Made by a program: the position numbers and the translations under genes
Shown here: piece after piece, positions 36,382 through 56,300 of the stretch
Layout of the letters: each line of letters opens with the position of its first letter
Numbering within the stretch: position 1 is the stretch's first letter
Source: Ophelia neglecta
Lineage: Eukaryota
DNA: 64,000 nucleotides
Direction: 5' to 3'
Assembly (NCBI GenBank): GCA_965285935.1
Contig: OZ260663.1
Location: 104,036,001 to 104,100,000 of the forward strand
Notes under the pieces: model-generated
The model's input: only the letters and a program-made list of their open reading frames with translations
Told to the model about the DNA's origin: nothing
Database searches by the model: none

Positions 36382-38251
36382 TAGTATATAAGAAAGATTG
36401 TTGGGTGCAAATCCAACTTAAATAGTAATAGGGCAACGTCATCGTAGCCAGGACGGCAAACATTCTTTATACTGAATTATTTCTTGAAGTTTCCTTTCAA
36501 AACACTTTAATCTATTCACTATGTATTTCGTCTTCGTATTATTTAAGTCCCAGTACGAATTTGTATACCGGGCCTTACTGGAAGCTACAACCTGTGGGGA
36601 CAGTGCCATACCATGTGCCAACCTAAAGAATAAACTGAAGATTCTCAACTACCACAACACAAGTGGACGGACTCCTCTGCAACATCAATTTGACGTAAAG
36701 GAAAATATTTCATTATTAATTCATTAGTGTAATAGGTATCTGAACGCATTTACTTTAGAAGTATGATGTAACATTTACAATTAGTTCTATATATTTAAGT
36801 ACATGTTTATTCAAACAGTGGCTATTGTGAATGCATATTTAGGTTCTGACCGGGATCAAACCGTTCATATCACGAAGTAACCTGGTCGCTTTGAAAGAGG
36901 ACAATATCAGCAAGAACAGAAATAACGACATCGTGCCATGTACGTTAAGCATTTTTTTCTTATTATGAATCAAAAACGACACGGAATTGGAATTGATGAT
37001 TGAAATTCTACAGTTTGGTTATAAAGCCTCTATCAATGTAATTGATATTTTCACTTTTGAATAGCGAACGACGACTTCCCCACTTTAATGACAAGTATAG
37101 AAGGAGAGAGCACATACATCAACGCAGTTTACGTGGATGTAAGTCTGAATTTATAACAACCAAATGTTAACATTATGTGGAGGCAAGGTGAACTGGGAGT
37201 GGATAACCCACAGACATTCCAATGTCTACCGTTCTAAAAAAAACCTCAGTTTAGGTCAACACACATCAACTCCTCGCTGCACAATGTTTCCATACCTTTT
37301 GCCCAAATAACTTCAGCTGCAGGCCCAATGAGAATACGTAATGGTCAGTCTCATACTGATATGATAACAGTGGCCATTACCGAAATGATATAAAGCTGCT
37401 ACAAACTAGTACTTTTAATGGTTAACTTGAAGGGTGATTTTCTATTATTTCTGAATCTGAATATTTTCCCAATTGTAGACTTACCGTAGAGAGCAGGCCA
37501 TGGTCTCCACTCAGATACCACTTCCCAGTACCATGAACGACTTCTGGAGACTTGTCTTCCAACAGAGATCGTCTGCTATTGCACTGTTAACTGCTGAGGA
37601 TGCACATGGCCAGGTAATATGAAGCACATTCCGATGAGGCACAGTTCTGTTGAATGCATAGATTAAATGACATATATAATTCGGCTACACCGTAACGCTT
37701 AATATACACTCCACAGAACACCATAGCTTCAAAAGGTAGAGAAACATGAACAAATATTTGTGATGTCGTTATTAGCCATTGCACTGTTGATTTGAATATG
37801 TGAGTTAATTCCTTATACAGTGCGGTCTTTGGATGCACTTAAAACTTTTTATATTATAATATTATCAGCCGTCCCCTACATACTGGCCTACTGATGTGGG
37901 GAGAGTTCAAGTGTACGGAGGTTTAGAGGTGGAAACTCTTCACATGAAGAAGGCCGGCCCTATTGATGTCCGAGACTTTAAGATCAGGGCAACAAACCAG
38001 GTCCGCTCATAATTCGTATCGTATGGATTAAATGTATTACAATATTGTCAGTTTCACCATCGAGTATAAAGTTTTGTGAACATATCACGCCATAACATAT
38101 TAGGCCTCACTTTCGATATTTATATTATAGTCATTTATTTTGTAGGATGACGGCGAGCATCTGACTGTCAGACAGTTCCAGCTAACACATTGGCCAGGCG
38201 CCAGCGAGCTACCAGAGATAGGAGCCCTATTAGATCTGATAGACACAGTAG

Positions 38252-38545
38252 ACAGCTGGGTGATAGCTAGCGGTCCGGCCGGCAGGACCATAGTACAATG
38301 TATGTAAGTGTATAGATCTTCTGAGGGCCATTCCGTTCGGCTGGGTAGGAGCAAACGGCCAGGCCGATCGGATTATTGTACAATGTATGTAAGTTAATTG
38401 ATCTACTGAGGAAAAACAATATCTGGCTGGTTGAGAGCGAGCGGTGCGGCCAACAAGACCATACTGTAGTGTAGGTAAGTATAATTATCTACTGAGGACC
38501 ATTATGTGTGTCTGGGTGAGTGCGACCAGCCCGGTCGACCGGAGT
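38252..38545 (+). repeat. 3-4 degenerate ~86 bp tandem copies of a PTP exon end plus splice donor (also at about 43122-43345)
   Basis: Repeated GCTGG(G/T)T...GGCC...GTA(C/G)...GTAAGT...ATCT(T/A)CTGAGG at about 38252, 38339, 38425 and partially 38512. Confidence 0.75.
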
Positions 38546-39057
38546 TTACTTCACAGTTTGTTGAGTCTCAATGTTATTGAGACAATGGGAGTCATTTTGT
38601 CTGACCTGAAGTTTAATCTTCCCATATTTCTAAAGACATATAATGTTAAACTAGGCGCAAAAATAACATACGGTCTTAGTATTTTATTAAACGTCATGTA
38701 TTATGATACATCGCGACTCAATGTCAAAGTATGACTCCAAATCATATTTAGAGTGCCATTTATTTATATAGGACCCAATGCAATATTGATAATCGTTACC
38801 TTTTATACTTGAACTAAAATTGAGTCTGTATCAATTTACAATTTGTGACAAATGTGGTGCTGAAAAGACTATGCCTCATTTTGTCCAAACATAAATGCTC
38901 TTTTGATTTAATGTATTGACCTCAGGAACGGGGCGACGAGGTGTGGGCTGTTCTGCGCCGCGAGCTGTATGTTAGAGATGATGAAAGTTGATCAGGAGGT
39001 CGACGTATTTCTCGCCGTCAGATACGTATCCAGCAGAAGACCCCAGTTTGTCAACTC

Positions 39058-44346
<5,289 letters not shown>

Positions 44347-45182
44347 CTGGTAAGAACCTTTGGCGCTATACCTCAATGAAATCATATCTAGAGTATAAGC
44401 AATGTCCTTGGCGCTTATATAATATAATAACATTGAGTCTTTTTTTTTCAATTTTCATGTTCACGCATTTTAGTTGATTAATTCATTATAGCTTGAGAAC
44501 TACACTTTGTTGTATGGCTGTGCATTACTAGGGCAATGGTCACAGTGGTATTTTTTATTATATATATCCAGGTTCAGTACCAATTTCTTCACGAGGTGGC
44601 GCTGAAGTGCATATCAAGATATGACACATACGCAAAGTTTCAGTGAAAGTAGTGTCCGTGTTTCCTGAGGTTTGCTAACATTGCGAATTTGGATCTGTGT
44701 TAGATTATGATTTATAAGACGTGGATATATCAGTATATATAATGTCGTCAAGTTTCTTAATGGACGTTGAAAGACAGATACATTTTACTGGAATATATAA
44801 GACCATTATACGATTAATGCCCTGGGCATTCGTAGACCCGTGTAATGCCCGTAGATTCATAAAGCTAATTTGTATTACTCACTTTCCAATTCCCAAAACG
44901 CATTGTACAATTTAATTTGTTAAGGAAAAAAAATTCAAAATGGTAGTTCCTGTGAAGTAACTGTCAGTTATGATAATGTTCTTTCCTAAAATATGTTTTG
45001 TTTTAGCCTCATTTTATATTGGTGTGTGTCTTAAACCACTTGAATATGTTAGACTATGTGTATCAATTGTATCAGCTAAGACACTTAGTTCTACTAACTT
45101 AACACCAGGCATAAATCATAAAATATAAACCGCGCACAAAAAACTGCCACTAAAGAGGTTTTGTATTTACTGAGTTTTGCAT

Positions 45183-45255
45183 GTAGCACAATAGGCAGAG
45201 TCGGTTGAATCTTTGAGCTAGGTGGTGGTACAACAAAGGTCGTGGGTTCGAAATT
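45183..45255 (+). mobile_element. Possible tRNA-derived SINE head
   Basis: A-box-like TAGCACAATAGG and B-box-like GGGTTCGAAAT. Confidence 0.3.
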
Positions 45256-46441
45256 TGTTCAATATAAAACTCATTTTTGAAATTACTTTGAACGTGAATT
45301 ACTTATATTCAGGAATCATAACATATGTGTGGTTATAGCATTGTTATAGCATTGTTTTCCTATGTAATGCTTGGTAGAGTTATTATATTCACTGAATTAA
45401 ACTATACTTTACAAAATAACACGCATCAATAGTTCGTTTTATTTCACCAAATATATCAGTGTACAAGTCCGAACTTAGCATAAAAAACAAATGATATATT
45501 TCGCTTAAATGCATCTGAGATAAACACAACGTCTTGGAACTGAATGAACTGTCCAGCTGTACTCATTCCAGATTCCAGTTGGGTTTTTGTTACTATAGTA
45601 ACAGACAGGCGTGAACTCCTGCTGATGGCGTGAAAATGTTATAAACTCATCATATGATATCCAATCATTCACATAGTCACTTAGGGAGTGATGGTTATCC
45701 TTTCCTTCCTGTAGATGAAGCTTGAGTGTGTCTGGTGTAATTTATTAATGGGAAAGCATCTACTCATGTCGCTTAAGAACATTCATTATAACAAACCTAA
45801 CTTAAAATATATGTATATGTCCACACTGTCTCATAGCGTTGTCTCCTCACTGAGGATTATATATACTTCGCTAAAAGAAACTGCATGTATGTTCGATTCC
45901 ATTCAGGTACTGAGCATTTTTTTCTATTGTGGCACTATCATTGGGAAGAGTGCGACAATGTTTAAGGGGGCCTACTGGTATTTTAAAGCGTGATATGGTT
46001 TATTATATACGTGAATATTATGTGTCATTGGATCTGGATTACCGGTGAAACGGTGTTATTTAATATAATTAGTATTACTACAGACCCCACAGGGCGTGAT
46101 TTGATTATTATAATTGTTGATGATGTTTTATATTCATTGGTATATTGTTTTGTGATGAATCATTATCATAAATGTGGTTATATGTACGATTATAGTGAGA
46201 ATCATCCACGGGCATTAATTTATAATTGACATGATTATTAGAAAACCTTTTTTTGTTTGATGTAACGATTTTTTCTGTATTATCTACTGGGGAACTTGTG
46301 ATTGGTAGTGACTTCTTATTAATGCGAATGTGTAACAGAATATAGACAGACATTTATAATAGGTCATTCCAATAGGTTTACACTCAGTGGGCAACATTAT
46401 TCGGTAGGCAATCATCATTGTTTAGTCTTCATACAAAATGA

Positions 46442-46720
46442 TTTTTCCATTTACGCCCGTCATAACCCATCCACTAACTGGATACCGACAGTCTCTCTGG
46501 ATGTTCTCAAAAACAACTTATCAGAACCATTAAAGGCTCATTTATCACCAACCGTAGGTAGTAATAAGGTTTACACGTATATCCGGAACCCGAGTGTAAC
46601 TTCTGCCTCAAAGCGGCCATTGCCATATTAAGAATGGACTAATTAGCAGCTCCATTAAGGAAATATAAAGAAGCATGATCGCTGAAAATTCAATTAATGC
46701 ATGTTACTTGGGTGGTAATT
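46442..46720 (+). repeat. Diverged copy of the GPCR upstream region (other copy about 47921-48200)
   Basis: Shared collinear words TCCATTTACG, CTAAC(T/C)GG, GGATGTTCTCA, ACAAC(T/A)TATCAGA and TTAAGAAT. Confidence 0.6.
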
Positions 46721-48304
46721 GTTACGACACAAAGGCACCATGTGGGTCTTTTATAGTGCCTTTAGCTGTGTTTATTCGTGTTAAGTAATGGTATCTGCGA
46801 TATGTTATCGGGGTTTATTGTATCAGAGATTCTTGCTCCAAGTTATTTGTAGTTGGTTTATAAATAGGTAAAACGGGCTTTTGAAACCCTTATCTTTTTG
46901 TGATCGATATCACATTCGAGATCTACTAAATATTCAGGTAGATATCTATAGCTCTCAAGTATTGAAGGATCTGCTGTGGACAGACCCTTTCAAATGAAGT
47001 TTTATATGATCAACTTTCTAAATACGGTTTCTAGTTTCGATGATACATGTTGATCTGGCACTGACAAAGTGGTGGATCCTCTCTTCAGGAAATATGATTG
47101 TGTAAAATAGGATTGGCCTATTAGCAAATAAGAAATAATTAACTCGTCCCTCTTGTAGCAAGAGGCTGCCTTATATATTTTGGTATGGTTACTTGATGTT
47201 ACTTGACCATGGATATTCAGCCTCGCCTGTTCAATGAGCACCGTCTCGGATGGGTTTGTTTGGAGTTAGGGGAGGGGCGGAGCGGGGGACTTTTGCGAGA
47301 TATTTGTGCAGCGGTCAGTCGTATGCAGGCCTTTCGTATATTCGCGTTTACAAAGAAACACGAAATTGAGTAGCGGATTCATAATGACAGTTTCTACTAC
47401 ACGATAAAACGGTCATGTAAGAAATTACGTGTTTAATTCACGAAGTCGCTGACCTCGACCACACTAAAAGTTAATATTTTCGGTTGAATCCGAGGCATGG
47501 CCAACCGGGTTATATTATAGGCCAAATCTCATTAATGTCAGGGATCATATAACTCTATAGGGGAAGCTTGAAGGTATCTGGCTTACTTCTTCATTGATGA
47601 AGATAATGAAGAAAATTGTTTATCACAAACTTAACTTTAAGCGTCCTCGTAGGTGTTACCTGCCACGAAGTTGGGTCCCATCGGGGAACAGTGCGCTACT
47701 TCAATATTGATACTATTTTGGAAGGAAGTGTTATATGTAGAATTTAAGGAGTGTCATTAATAGGTTTTTTAGGATTGCCATTGACGTCTTATTGATGTGA
47801 ATGGAGGCCTGAAGATGTTAATACATTAATCATTGTAATCATTTAGAGGGGGTCTACTGTAATCATTTAGAGTAGGTCTTACTGTAGGCGTTCATTGTAG
47901 TTTAGTTTTCATAATATTTTTTTTCTCCATTTACGGCCATCATTAGCCAGGTGCTAACCGGGTATAAACAGGCTTTACGGATGTTCTCATATACAACATA
48001 TCAGAGTTATTTATGGCTATCTGCAAGTAACAATAGTCTTTGTATTTGCTTATATACCCGGAGCATAGGTGCAAACCCTTATACAATACAGCCATGACGA
48101 ACAAAAGGTGTTAAGAATAGCCTAATAAACAGATTCTATTTAATTTGATAGGCATATAATGTATTTTCGCGCCAAGACTACAGATAATGGATGTTAAGTA
48201 ATTGTTTTTGTTGAGCCTCGTCTATAAGCGAGCTCAGTGGCAAAGTATATCACAAGCAAATTGTGGGGCGAACGGGACAGTACGTACAATGGAAGGAAAC
48301 AACG

Positions 48305-49297
48305 ATGAACACGTCTATTTCTACCCACCCCGGGTTTTCTGATTTCACGAACACCACTGTTTATGTGACGATCGGAGATTGGGTATTAGTTACCTTTCAA
48401 GGCCTGGTCACTGTCAGCAATTTACTAATTAATTCGCTGGCTCTGGCAGTTCTGATCTACGGGAAGACTTACCAGAAGACATTGGGGGTGTACATGATCT
48501 CACTGACTTGTGCAGACCTTGGACTTGGCCTGTTTTTTCTGCCTTACAGTTTTATAGGAGGAGCGTTTGGAGAATGGCGACTTGGTCATGGCCTTTGTGC
48601 AGCTGCGTCTCACACAGGACGCCTGTTTTCCAGACTCTCTGCGATTTAACTTACCCTGCTCTGTTGTGACAGATGTGTTGCTATACGGAAGCCTTATTGG
48701 TACAATGAAAAAGTAACGGTGAAAACTGCAACCACGCTTTGTCTAGTTGGGTGTATTAAAGGAATTCTATTAGAGATATTTCTCGTCGCAATATCAAAGG
48801 ATTGGATCTATGAGGATTTTTTATGGAGTTGTCGTTCGTTGTATTATAGCGGCCCTCTTGAATACTTATCCAGGTTACTCATTTTCCTAGTGGGTGGCGG
48901 TTGTTATATGACAATCGGTGTGTCTTCAGTACAAGTTGCTCGCGTTGTTTATCAACATAGACGCCAGATAGCAGCACAAGACAACATCGCAGGACATGAA
49001 AATCAGTCGCCAATAATCGAAGCTTCGATCATCGCCTCGTTTCAGACAGTATTCTTGATGGCAGTCTCCATGATTGTAGCGGCCTCACCCGCCCTCATTC
49101 TTGCCGCTTTACCTAAAACGAATGCTTTCCGGGTGCATACTATCTTCGTACCTTGCACGTGGATGATTTATTTGAACTCTACACTTAACTCTCTTATATA
49201 TACATATAAAAAACCTTCATTTCGTCAAGATCTGAGGAACTTCATTAATAAGTTATTGAATAGGCCAGTCCCGCAAAATGATATAGAGCTACATTAA
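48305..49297 (+). pseudogene. Intronless rhodopsin-family (class A) GPCR with one premature TAA
   Basis: ORFs 48263-48649 and 48719-49297 are in the same frame. Motifs: N-glycosylated N-terminus (MNTS, NTT), TM1 INSLALAVL, TM2 SLTCADL, WRLGHGLC, DRCVAIRKP (DRY-like), TM7 NSTLNSLIY and helix 8 FRQDL. TAA at 48647-48649 lies within TM3. Confidence 0.9.
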
Positions 49298-52200
49298 AGG
49301 TGAACATACGACGGAATCAAACATAAGATGCGATCTCGAACGAAAAATATCCCGAACTTCAATGTTCTATAAAAAAAATGAAAGGATCATGACAAATCGT
49401 AAGGAAAGGACGTTTACGAAATAATTTTGATGGATGCTCGTTTCTCATTCCTATTCTTTGGTGAAGGTCCTCCACAAAGTACATTTGTGATGGGAATCAG
49501 GGATCATTGCCAGGTTCAATAGAAAGCCAATGTCCATTGTAGTAAGCAACTAGTGTCTCAGTACTTTCTTTTTTACGTGCACGGAGAAGTATTGTGTGTG
49601 TCTGTTGAAGGGGGGGGGGGTGAAGGGATTGATGTGTCCTTTTTCACTGTTCGTATAAGCTTACTAACATATTCTTCAGAACTTTTTACCACCTTTAAGC
49701 TGGACAGTTATTGTAACATATAGGTCTATCATGCCTTCTAAGGAGTAAAAATCCAACATGAGAAAGGGGTGGGGATATAAGGCAGATGGGGCAATGTGAG
49801 TAGTGAGTGGGTAAGAACTGGTTAATTAAGGCACAAACTACAATTTTTGCGTCTACTTGAGTAGGTCAGGATGGAGATGGAGTCGACAGAAGTGGATCTC
49901 AAAATGAAACTTACTCGAGTGCCATATATAAGGGGCGGGTTAAATAACAAAGGGTAAGTTTCGGTGTAGATGTAGGGATGTGGTCATTGATTGGAGCCTG
50001 TGTGAAGGAGGTGTTGCCTTTATTTGAATGCAGGGGTGTGTACGCATCCCACGGTTCTTTCTTATAACTTATGGTGATTGTCGAAAGGTGATAATTTCCG
50101 AAAGGTGATAATTCCCCATAGGTTATAATTCCATATACATGATAATTCCCGATAAATGATAATTTCCGTTTCGCGATAATTTCTTATAAATGGTTATGCA
50201 ATGTGTGCCTTGAACCCAGTTGGGCTTTTGGGTGTGGTATGTTATCACAAGTACCCACACACTATATATAAATATATCTGGATTCATGGATTTGCACTAA
50301 GCACACTTATGATTTATTTGGTAATGCTCAAGGCCAAGTGTCACGTTTTGGACGCAATGTTTAGGTACGTTGCGAAATTGGCAGAACGTTGCTGCAACCT
50401 AATCAATCGTGAAAAAACGTTGCAACACCGTCCCTAAAGGGGAAATAAAAATGTTAATTATTCATGTTTAAACATGTTAGGATAACGCACCACCACGTAG
50501 GACATCATGGTAACAACGTGGTTAACGTTATTGACAGGTAGTCAGGTATCGCGTTTCTGGTACGTTTTGGTACGTTATAACACGTTGTGGTCACAGGTCA
50601 AAATTGTCACTGCAGGACTACTACTGCCTTACACTTGTCAACAATGTAGTACAACGTGGTATGTGGCAGAATTTTTCAGTATTTTTCCAGAAACATCTTT
50701 GCAGGAAACGAGCACAATTGGTCAAAACGTGACACCTGGCCGGGGCAATATAACTGGTGCACCCCGTCATCGGAAATAACGCTTTTTGTACATGTTCCTT
50801 CTTTTTAAAAACAAATTGTATCATTAATGTGTTGCAATATAATTTCTTTTGTTTAAAGAATACATATTTTGTAATGAAAATGTGTTTTAGTTGGACTAAA
50901 AGCGACATTTATTTCTGCTCTCAATAGGAGGCTGTATTTGCAACTTGGATGTTTTGCTTTATTTCTTTTGCATTTTTAATTTAGATTGACGTCTAATATT
51001 ATTCCCTGTAAAATATAGCTGATAGTGTCATTGACGAGCAAATTAATTATTTGAATAATGAATTTAAAAAAAAACAATTTCAAAATTAGCATTGGAACTC
51101 ACAGACCATAAAACAGGCAGAAATCGCATAGGATCTTCCTTCCATTACCCCACGTATCGTGCTTAATATTGTGTAACCGGAGAAGACAGACAATCCATTA
51201 TTTCTTTACTTCATACCTTCAGATATTCAGAAAATTATTATTTGCTATAGAGTTATTAAGCGAAAATGTGTACGCCATGATCGATTCTGAGTATTCATAT
51301 TATAAAGGTAAATTTGAATGGCATGTTTGTTTCCAAATGGCAAACCCTCTATATATATTGCGGGTATAGCTTCTTTTTTAAATCTTCCGCAGCGTATGTC
51401 TGGTTCAAATGTTCAATTTCAAGACATTTTAGATAAAGGGACCCTTGTTTAGGGCTTTCTAAGTTAAAACGGTCACTTATCCATGGATCTTTTGGTGAAA
51501 ACAAATCGCTATTAAATTGAAATTTCCCAAAAAAATGACCCTTTCTGGCATACACACCTAGTATTGATGTAAATGGCAGTTCTCCCCACCGGGCCCATAA
51601 CCCCGTTAATCGTAGAAAGAAAGAAGGTTGCGTAAGTGAAGACGGGGAGGGGGGAGGGGGGGTTAGCGACCCGGGAGGCGGAGGGGGCATGAATAGGGCA
51701 TTGGTTTGTGACTTGCGTTGTTTTTAGGTGAATGGTAGCGGGCAGCTGTCCTCGGAATTCAGAAATTAAAATTACCGTGATCCGTATTTTTTTTTTAAAT
51801 TGTGACCAGGAATTATATATTTAGTTCTATCAGGATGTGAGGCGAAGCTTATGACAAGATAGATTGCCTTTTTTCGTCATTAGAGAGGGAGCCCCTCAAA
51901 AGCACTATCTATAGACGCAATAGTTATTCGAACATTAACGAAAGACCTGAGACAGAATTACAAGATGGGTTCTTCGTCTCAAGGAAGAGGGGTCGGCTCG
52001 CGGTATAGTTTGGCGTCGAATATCGCCGCTCTTTGTGTACTTGGTATACCGATCCAAGTGCAACTAATTCTCAGGAGTGAATACATGCATGGTAGGAATC
52101 CCTCAAGGGCAGTAGAGCAATAAAAATACATATACTTGTTTATCGACCAAATGTCAGGTTTTCAACAAAACCATTACATCCATTAATGGCCATATTTGCC

Positions 52201-55014
52201 ATATGCTAACAAACTAGGGAGGCTTTGTTATACATGATAAATCATGCTTGGAATGTAGTTTACTTACCATTTGACGTCAGACGCTCTTCCGATCATGTTT
52301 GGGCTCGTGTCGACTGTGTTGCAACTTACCTTCGGCTGATGCGACCCAATCATTAACTGCGAATCAAACTGACATAGCTTTATATATCATTTGCCTCTTC
52401 TTGTAGTACCTTATTTGATACTACATTGAGCCCACATATACATGTTGCCATTATAACAATAGTTAATTAATTTTCACTGACAGTGTACACATTGTGTCTG
52501 GTTTAACTGAAACTTCTTTCAAGTAAGCTTATATAATTATATTATGTATATGAGATTCACTATTCAGTATGGTCTATATTTATGACATGTATTTGGTTTA
52601 TTTATGGACTGGTTTATGCAGTATTTTGCCATTTCATTTGTTCTATTGTAGTTAAAATTCCAGATTTATATACATCTACACTATATCTAGAAGTGTACAT
52701 AAGTATAAAGTTCATTTCGTGAAAATGGGATTATCATTCACACAACAAGGGTGATCGGTTGGTGACTTTATCTATGAATGGCAAAGGCAATTTGGCTCTG
52801 GTTATTTCCTGTAGTTAGAAACACACGGATTCCTCGTCTTATCTTACCTGTAGCGGTAATCAGAAACCAAATACAATGTCGCTTTCTCTAGGTGTTTTCT
52901 TACGCGGGCATATTGTCATTTCAAACAGTCATTGGACCGTGGCTGGCATTCATTCAATATTTCTGTATAGCTTAATTTTCAAGCATATAACTGTAGACAG
53001 TTTTATTGTCAAGTGACCTTCATTAGATAAATACACCATCATAAGTTACCACTATATGAAGTATAGGGCAATAAATTTACTAGACTTATTAAACAAGCAA
53101 GCATACTCACAGTAAGACCTGCCGTGTTTATAGTTTTGACACAAAATCATTAAGGAGCTAATCCCTTGCTTATCTTGTGATACTTACTAAGGAAATTGGT
53201 GATCGAAAAAATCGCGGAAACCTAAACCGTCAGCAGCAGTTAGATAACTGTTAATAATTGCACAGAAATATAAAAATTAGTTTAGATATCAATTGCATTG
53301 AGAATTATAAACCACTTTTTTTTACGATGTGATTCAGAGCACAAAAGAAACCAGTTACTTGTCAATGTAGGCAAATGATGAAATATATTCTGTGGTAGTC
53401 TATGATGGACCTATGGAGCAGGTATTGACGGTGCTATTATTTGCCATGGCAGTCTAAGGCGTCGCTAGAAATATAAAACTTTGGCTTCGAAGCGAGGGTT
53501 GTTTTTAGTTGGCTGCAAGGCTGGAAGGGTAGTGTTACTAATGTAATGGGTAACAATGCTAATAGGGCACTGTCATAATTGAAGTGGGTTCCAAGGCTTG
53601 AAGAGCAAAACAGTCTGATTGTCCTTCTTCTTATCGTGTAGTCATGTTTCGTGCCGTGATCCGCAATCCCCTTAGGCCCTCGAACAAAACGTGTGGCACT
53701 GCACAATATAAACAGAGGGGTCTGTTCGCGGCAGGCAATCCAATATCAGAAAAAGAAAGTAAGGTAGACATCAAAAAATCTAATATCTGGTTCAACAAGA
53801 GCAAAACATGAAAGGCGGGATTTAAGGATTCTTCGCTTGCCTACACAGAAGGTCGCTCACTGCAAACATAACATTAACCAAAAACAAAATTATGAAATGA
53901 TAACATATGATTTATAGCACTATAAAAAAAGCGTTTCTGGCATTGTGTCTTCATGGAAGTTATAAATTACAGATACCACTACAAAAAAGGCACAGATCCA
54001 AGACATCATATTATATTATACTATCGTATTACAACCAGGGCCCGGTTTATAGAAGCGGTATCAAGATAAGGTAGATTCTTCCTTTATTAATTTATTTTGG
54101 AAAGTGGGCTTAAATAGAACAATGTTGTCTTATCTTAGCCACTTTTTAAGCATTAATAATATACATTTCGTTCTTAAACTTTTCAACTTAGATAATCATC
54201 AGATTCCTTCCTGAGACCATCCCATCGCATTTAAATCATTTAGAATCGAGCTTCGATTGAAGCCCAATCACAAATCAATGTGCTTCGCGATCCCAATCAG
54301 TTGTATATGATGTTAGTGGTCACCTTATCACTACATATTATAACGTATTAATCAAATGCTGACGTGTATCTTCTCAGTATAAACATGCAAAAGTTAGTCC
54401 GTTTTTCAAGCAAATATTGAAATTGGCAAATATAACAGGTCAGATTTCTAATCTTACTAGGAGGACACGAACATATTTAAATTGTATTATATACTGCTCA
54501 TATCCTGATAACACCCAACTCAATATACCTTATCAGGCGAGGGTTCAGTGTGATTTTGAATCTCCCGTGCCGATACTTTAACGGTGCATTACAGAGGTCC
54601 GTTGTTGCATAGACAACAGTTTACTAAATCTATAAGATTAATACCCAAATTTTTGATAAGCATTAACTTTTGTCACATATACATTGAGGTAAATATGCAA
54701 CACTCGTTAATTACTTACGATATATTTGACACGGATGCGAGTTTGTTCGTCCTACTAAAGCTTAGAAGTTTATAAGTCTTCCTAAACAATTGCTCTAAAG
54801 ATAAGTATCAAAACCTATGTACATTTTGAAGTGGTATAGATGCGCCAGATGAGGTGTAATACATGCATATTTGATATAATAAAATTTATATCTATGGAGC
54901 ATTATGATTTATGAGGTAGTCAAATTTCATATCGAAATACCAGACACCGAAGTGTCGCCTCCGAGAAATCAGAATGTATATTTACGCTTTAGCTATAACT
55001 TTTCGAAAATGTGA

Positions 55015-55335
55015 AACGCAATAAAGCGTAAACGGCGACAAGATTATCCAAATTATACCAGATCATATGTACTAAATTGCGCATATTTCGATTTATAGCT
55101 TTCGTGTGTTGAAAATGCTTCTGTTATGTTTATGCAAGACTATGACGATTTATGAGGTAATCAAAGATGTGTTACGCAATAAAGAGTAAATGGCGACAAG
55201 ATTACCCTAATTATTACCAGATCATATGTATGTTCTTGTGATCTGAATATGTAAAAGTTTACTATATTGCGCATCCTTCGATGTATAGCTTTCGTGTGTT
55301 GAAAAGGCTTCTGTTATGCTTATGCATGACTATGC
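55015..55335 (+). repeat. Local two-copy tandem duplication (~130-170 bp units)
   Basis: GCAATAAAG.GTAAA.GGCGACAAGATTA...ACCAGATCATATGTA...TATAGCTTTCGTGTGTTGAAAA.GCTTCTGTTATG occurs twice. Confidence 0.8.
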
Positions 55336-56059
55336 AACTAGCAAACTCGGTTTCCTGTGTGTATGGTGCGTTATTTTATTTACATTTTAGACTTTTCTTA
55401 TATGTTTTGTCATGTATTTTTTTAACGATCCTTATTGTGATTAGTCTTATTTATCCATTCTGTAGGCCTGACCTTAGGGAATATTGATCGACTTAATTGT
55501 TAATGTTGATTAATGTTTTTTCATTATCTGCCAGGAATCCAATACCATTGTACCTGTATATTGTCTGAAAGAAAAAAAACCAATGAGGATATAATAATTT
55601 TTTAACAACAAAGACTTGAATCTCCCATCTCCAGGAAAAAAATATTTTTTTGCGGAACAGCCGTATTTTAGCATACCTTAGCAATGTTAGTCCCCAAAAA
55701 TTCATTGTCCATCAGTCGTCAAGCGTACATGAACAGACAACTTTATTAGGATTAAAGGCAAGACCATGGCTAGACAAATGTCTTCAATTGGCCGTACGCT
55801 ACACTCTTCTTACAAACCAGGCCAAAACCGGGCCCGTTTATTGAAGCATATTTAAAATAACCGTCTTATAGGGGGATAAAGAGACAAGTACGTATCCGGG
55901 CCGTCTATGTCCATCTTCCCCTGCTGTCAGTTAGTATACGTGGCGTATAACGTCCGTTTATTTGGCATATAGTGCAGTCATAGCTGATCGTTAGACCAAT
56001 AAGACAGTCGGGTGTCTATTGGTCAGCCACCCTTTATGGGAAGCTTTTTTTCAACAAGG

Positions 56060-56300
56060 ATCGCCCATTGGACCTAGTTGTCTATTAAACGCACATTGTC
56101 CATGTGACTCCATACTTCTATTAGACACATGTCGACCATGGGACGCCTTGTGTCTGTTAAACACGTATAGCCATTTGAAAGTCAAGTGTCTGATAGACAT
56201 ACATCGCCAGATATCTATAAGACATATATCGGTCATGCGTCGCCAGTTGTCTATTAGAAACACATCGCCCATGCATCGAAAGTAGTCTATTTGACATGCA
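56060..56300. repeat. Degenerate ~36 bp minisatellite (core GTCTATTAGACAC)
   Basis: About 6-7 recurrences of (G)TCTATTAGACAC-like cores; produces the 12-aa periodicity seen in ORF 56051-56323. Confidence 0.6.

Noticed and set aside
48647-48649. Selenocysteine or programmed readthrough in the GPCR
   Set aside because: The stop is TAA (not TGA), lacks a readthrough context and lies mid-TM3; a simple nonsense change or error is more likely.
50080-50780. GATAATTCC and AACGTTG short repeats suggesting MITE ends
   Set aside because: Element boundaries and partner TIRs could not be defined.
54037-55850. GGGCCCGGTTT Harbinger-like termini
   Set aside because: Only ~11 bp of match with ambiguous orientation and no TSD established.
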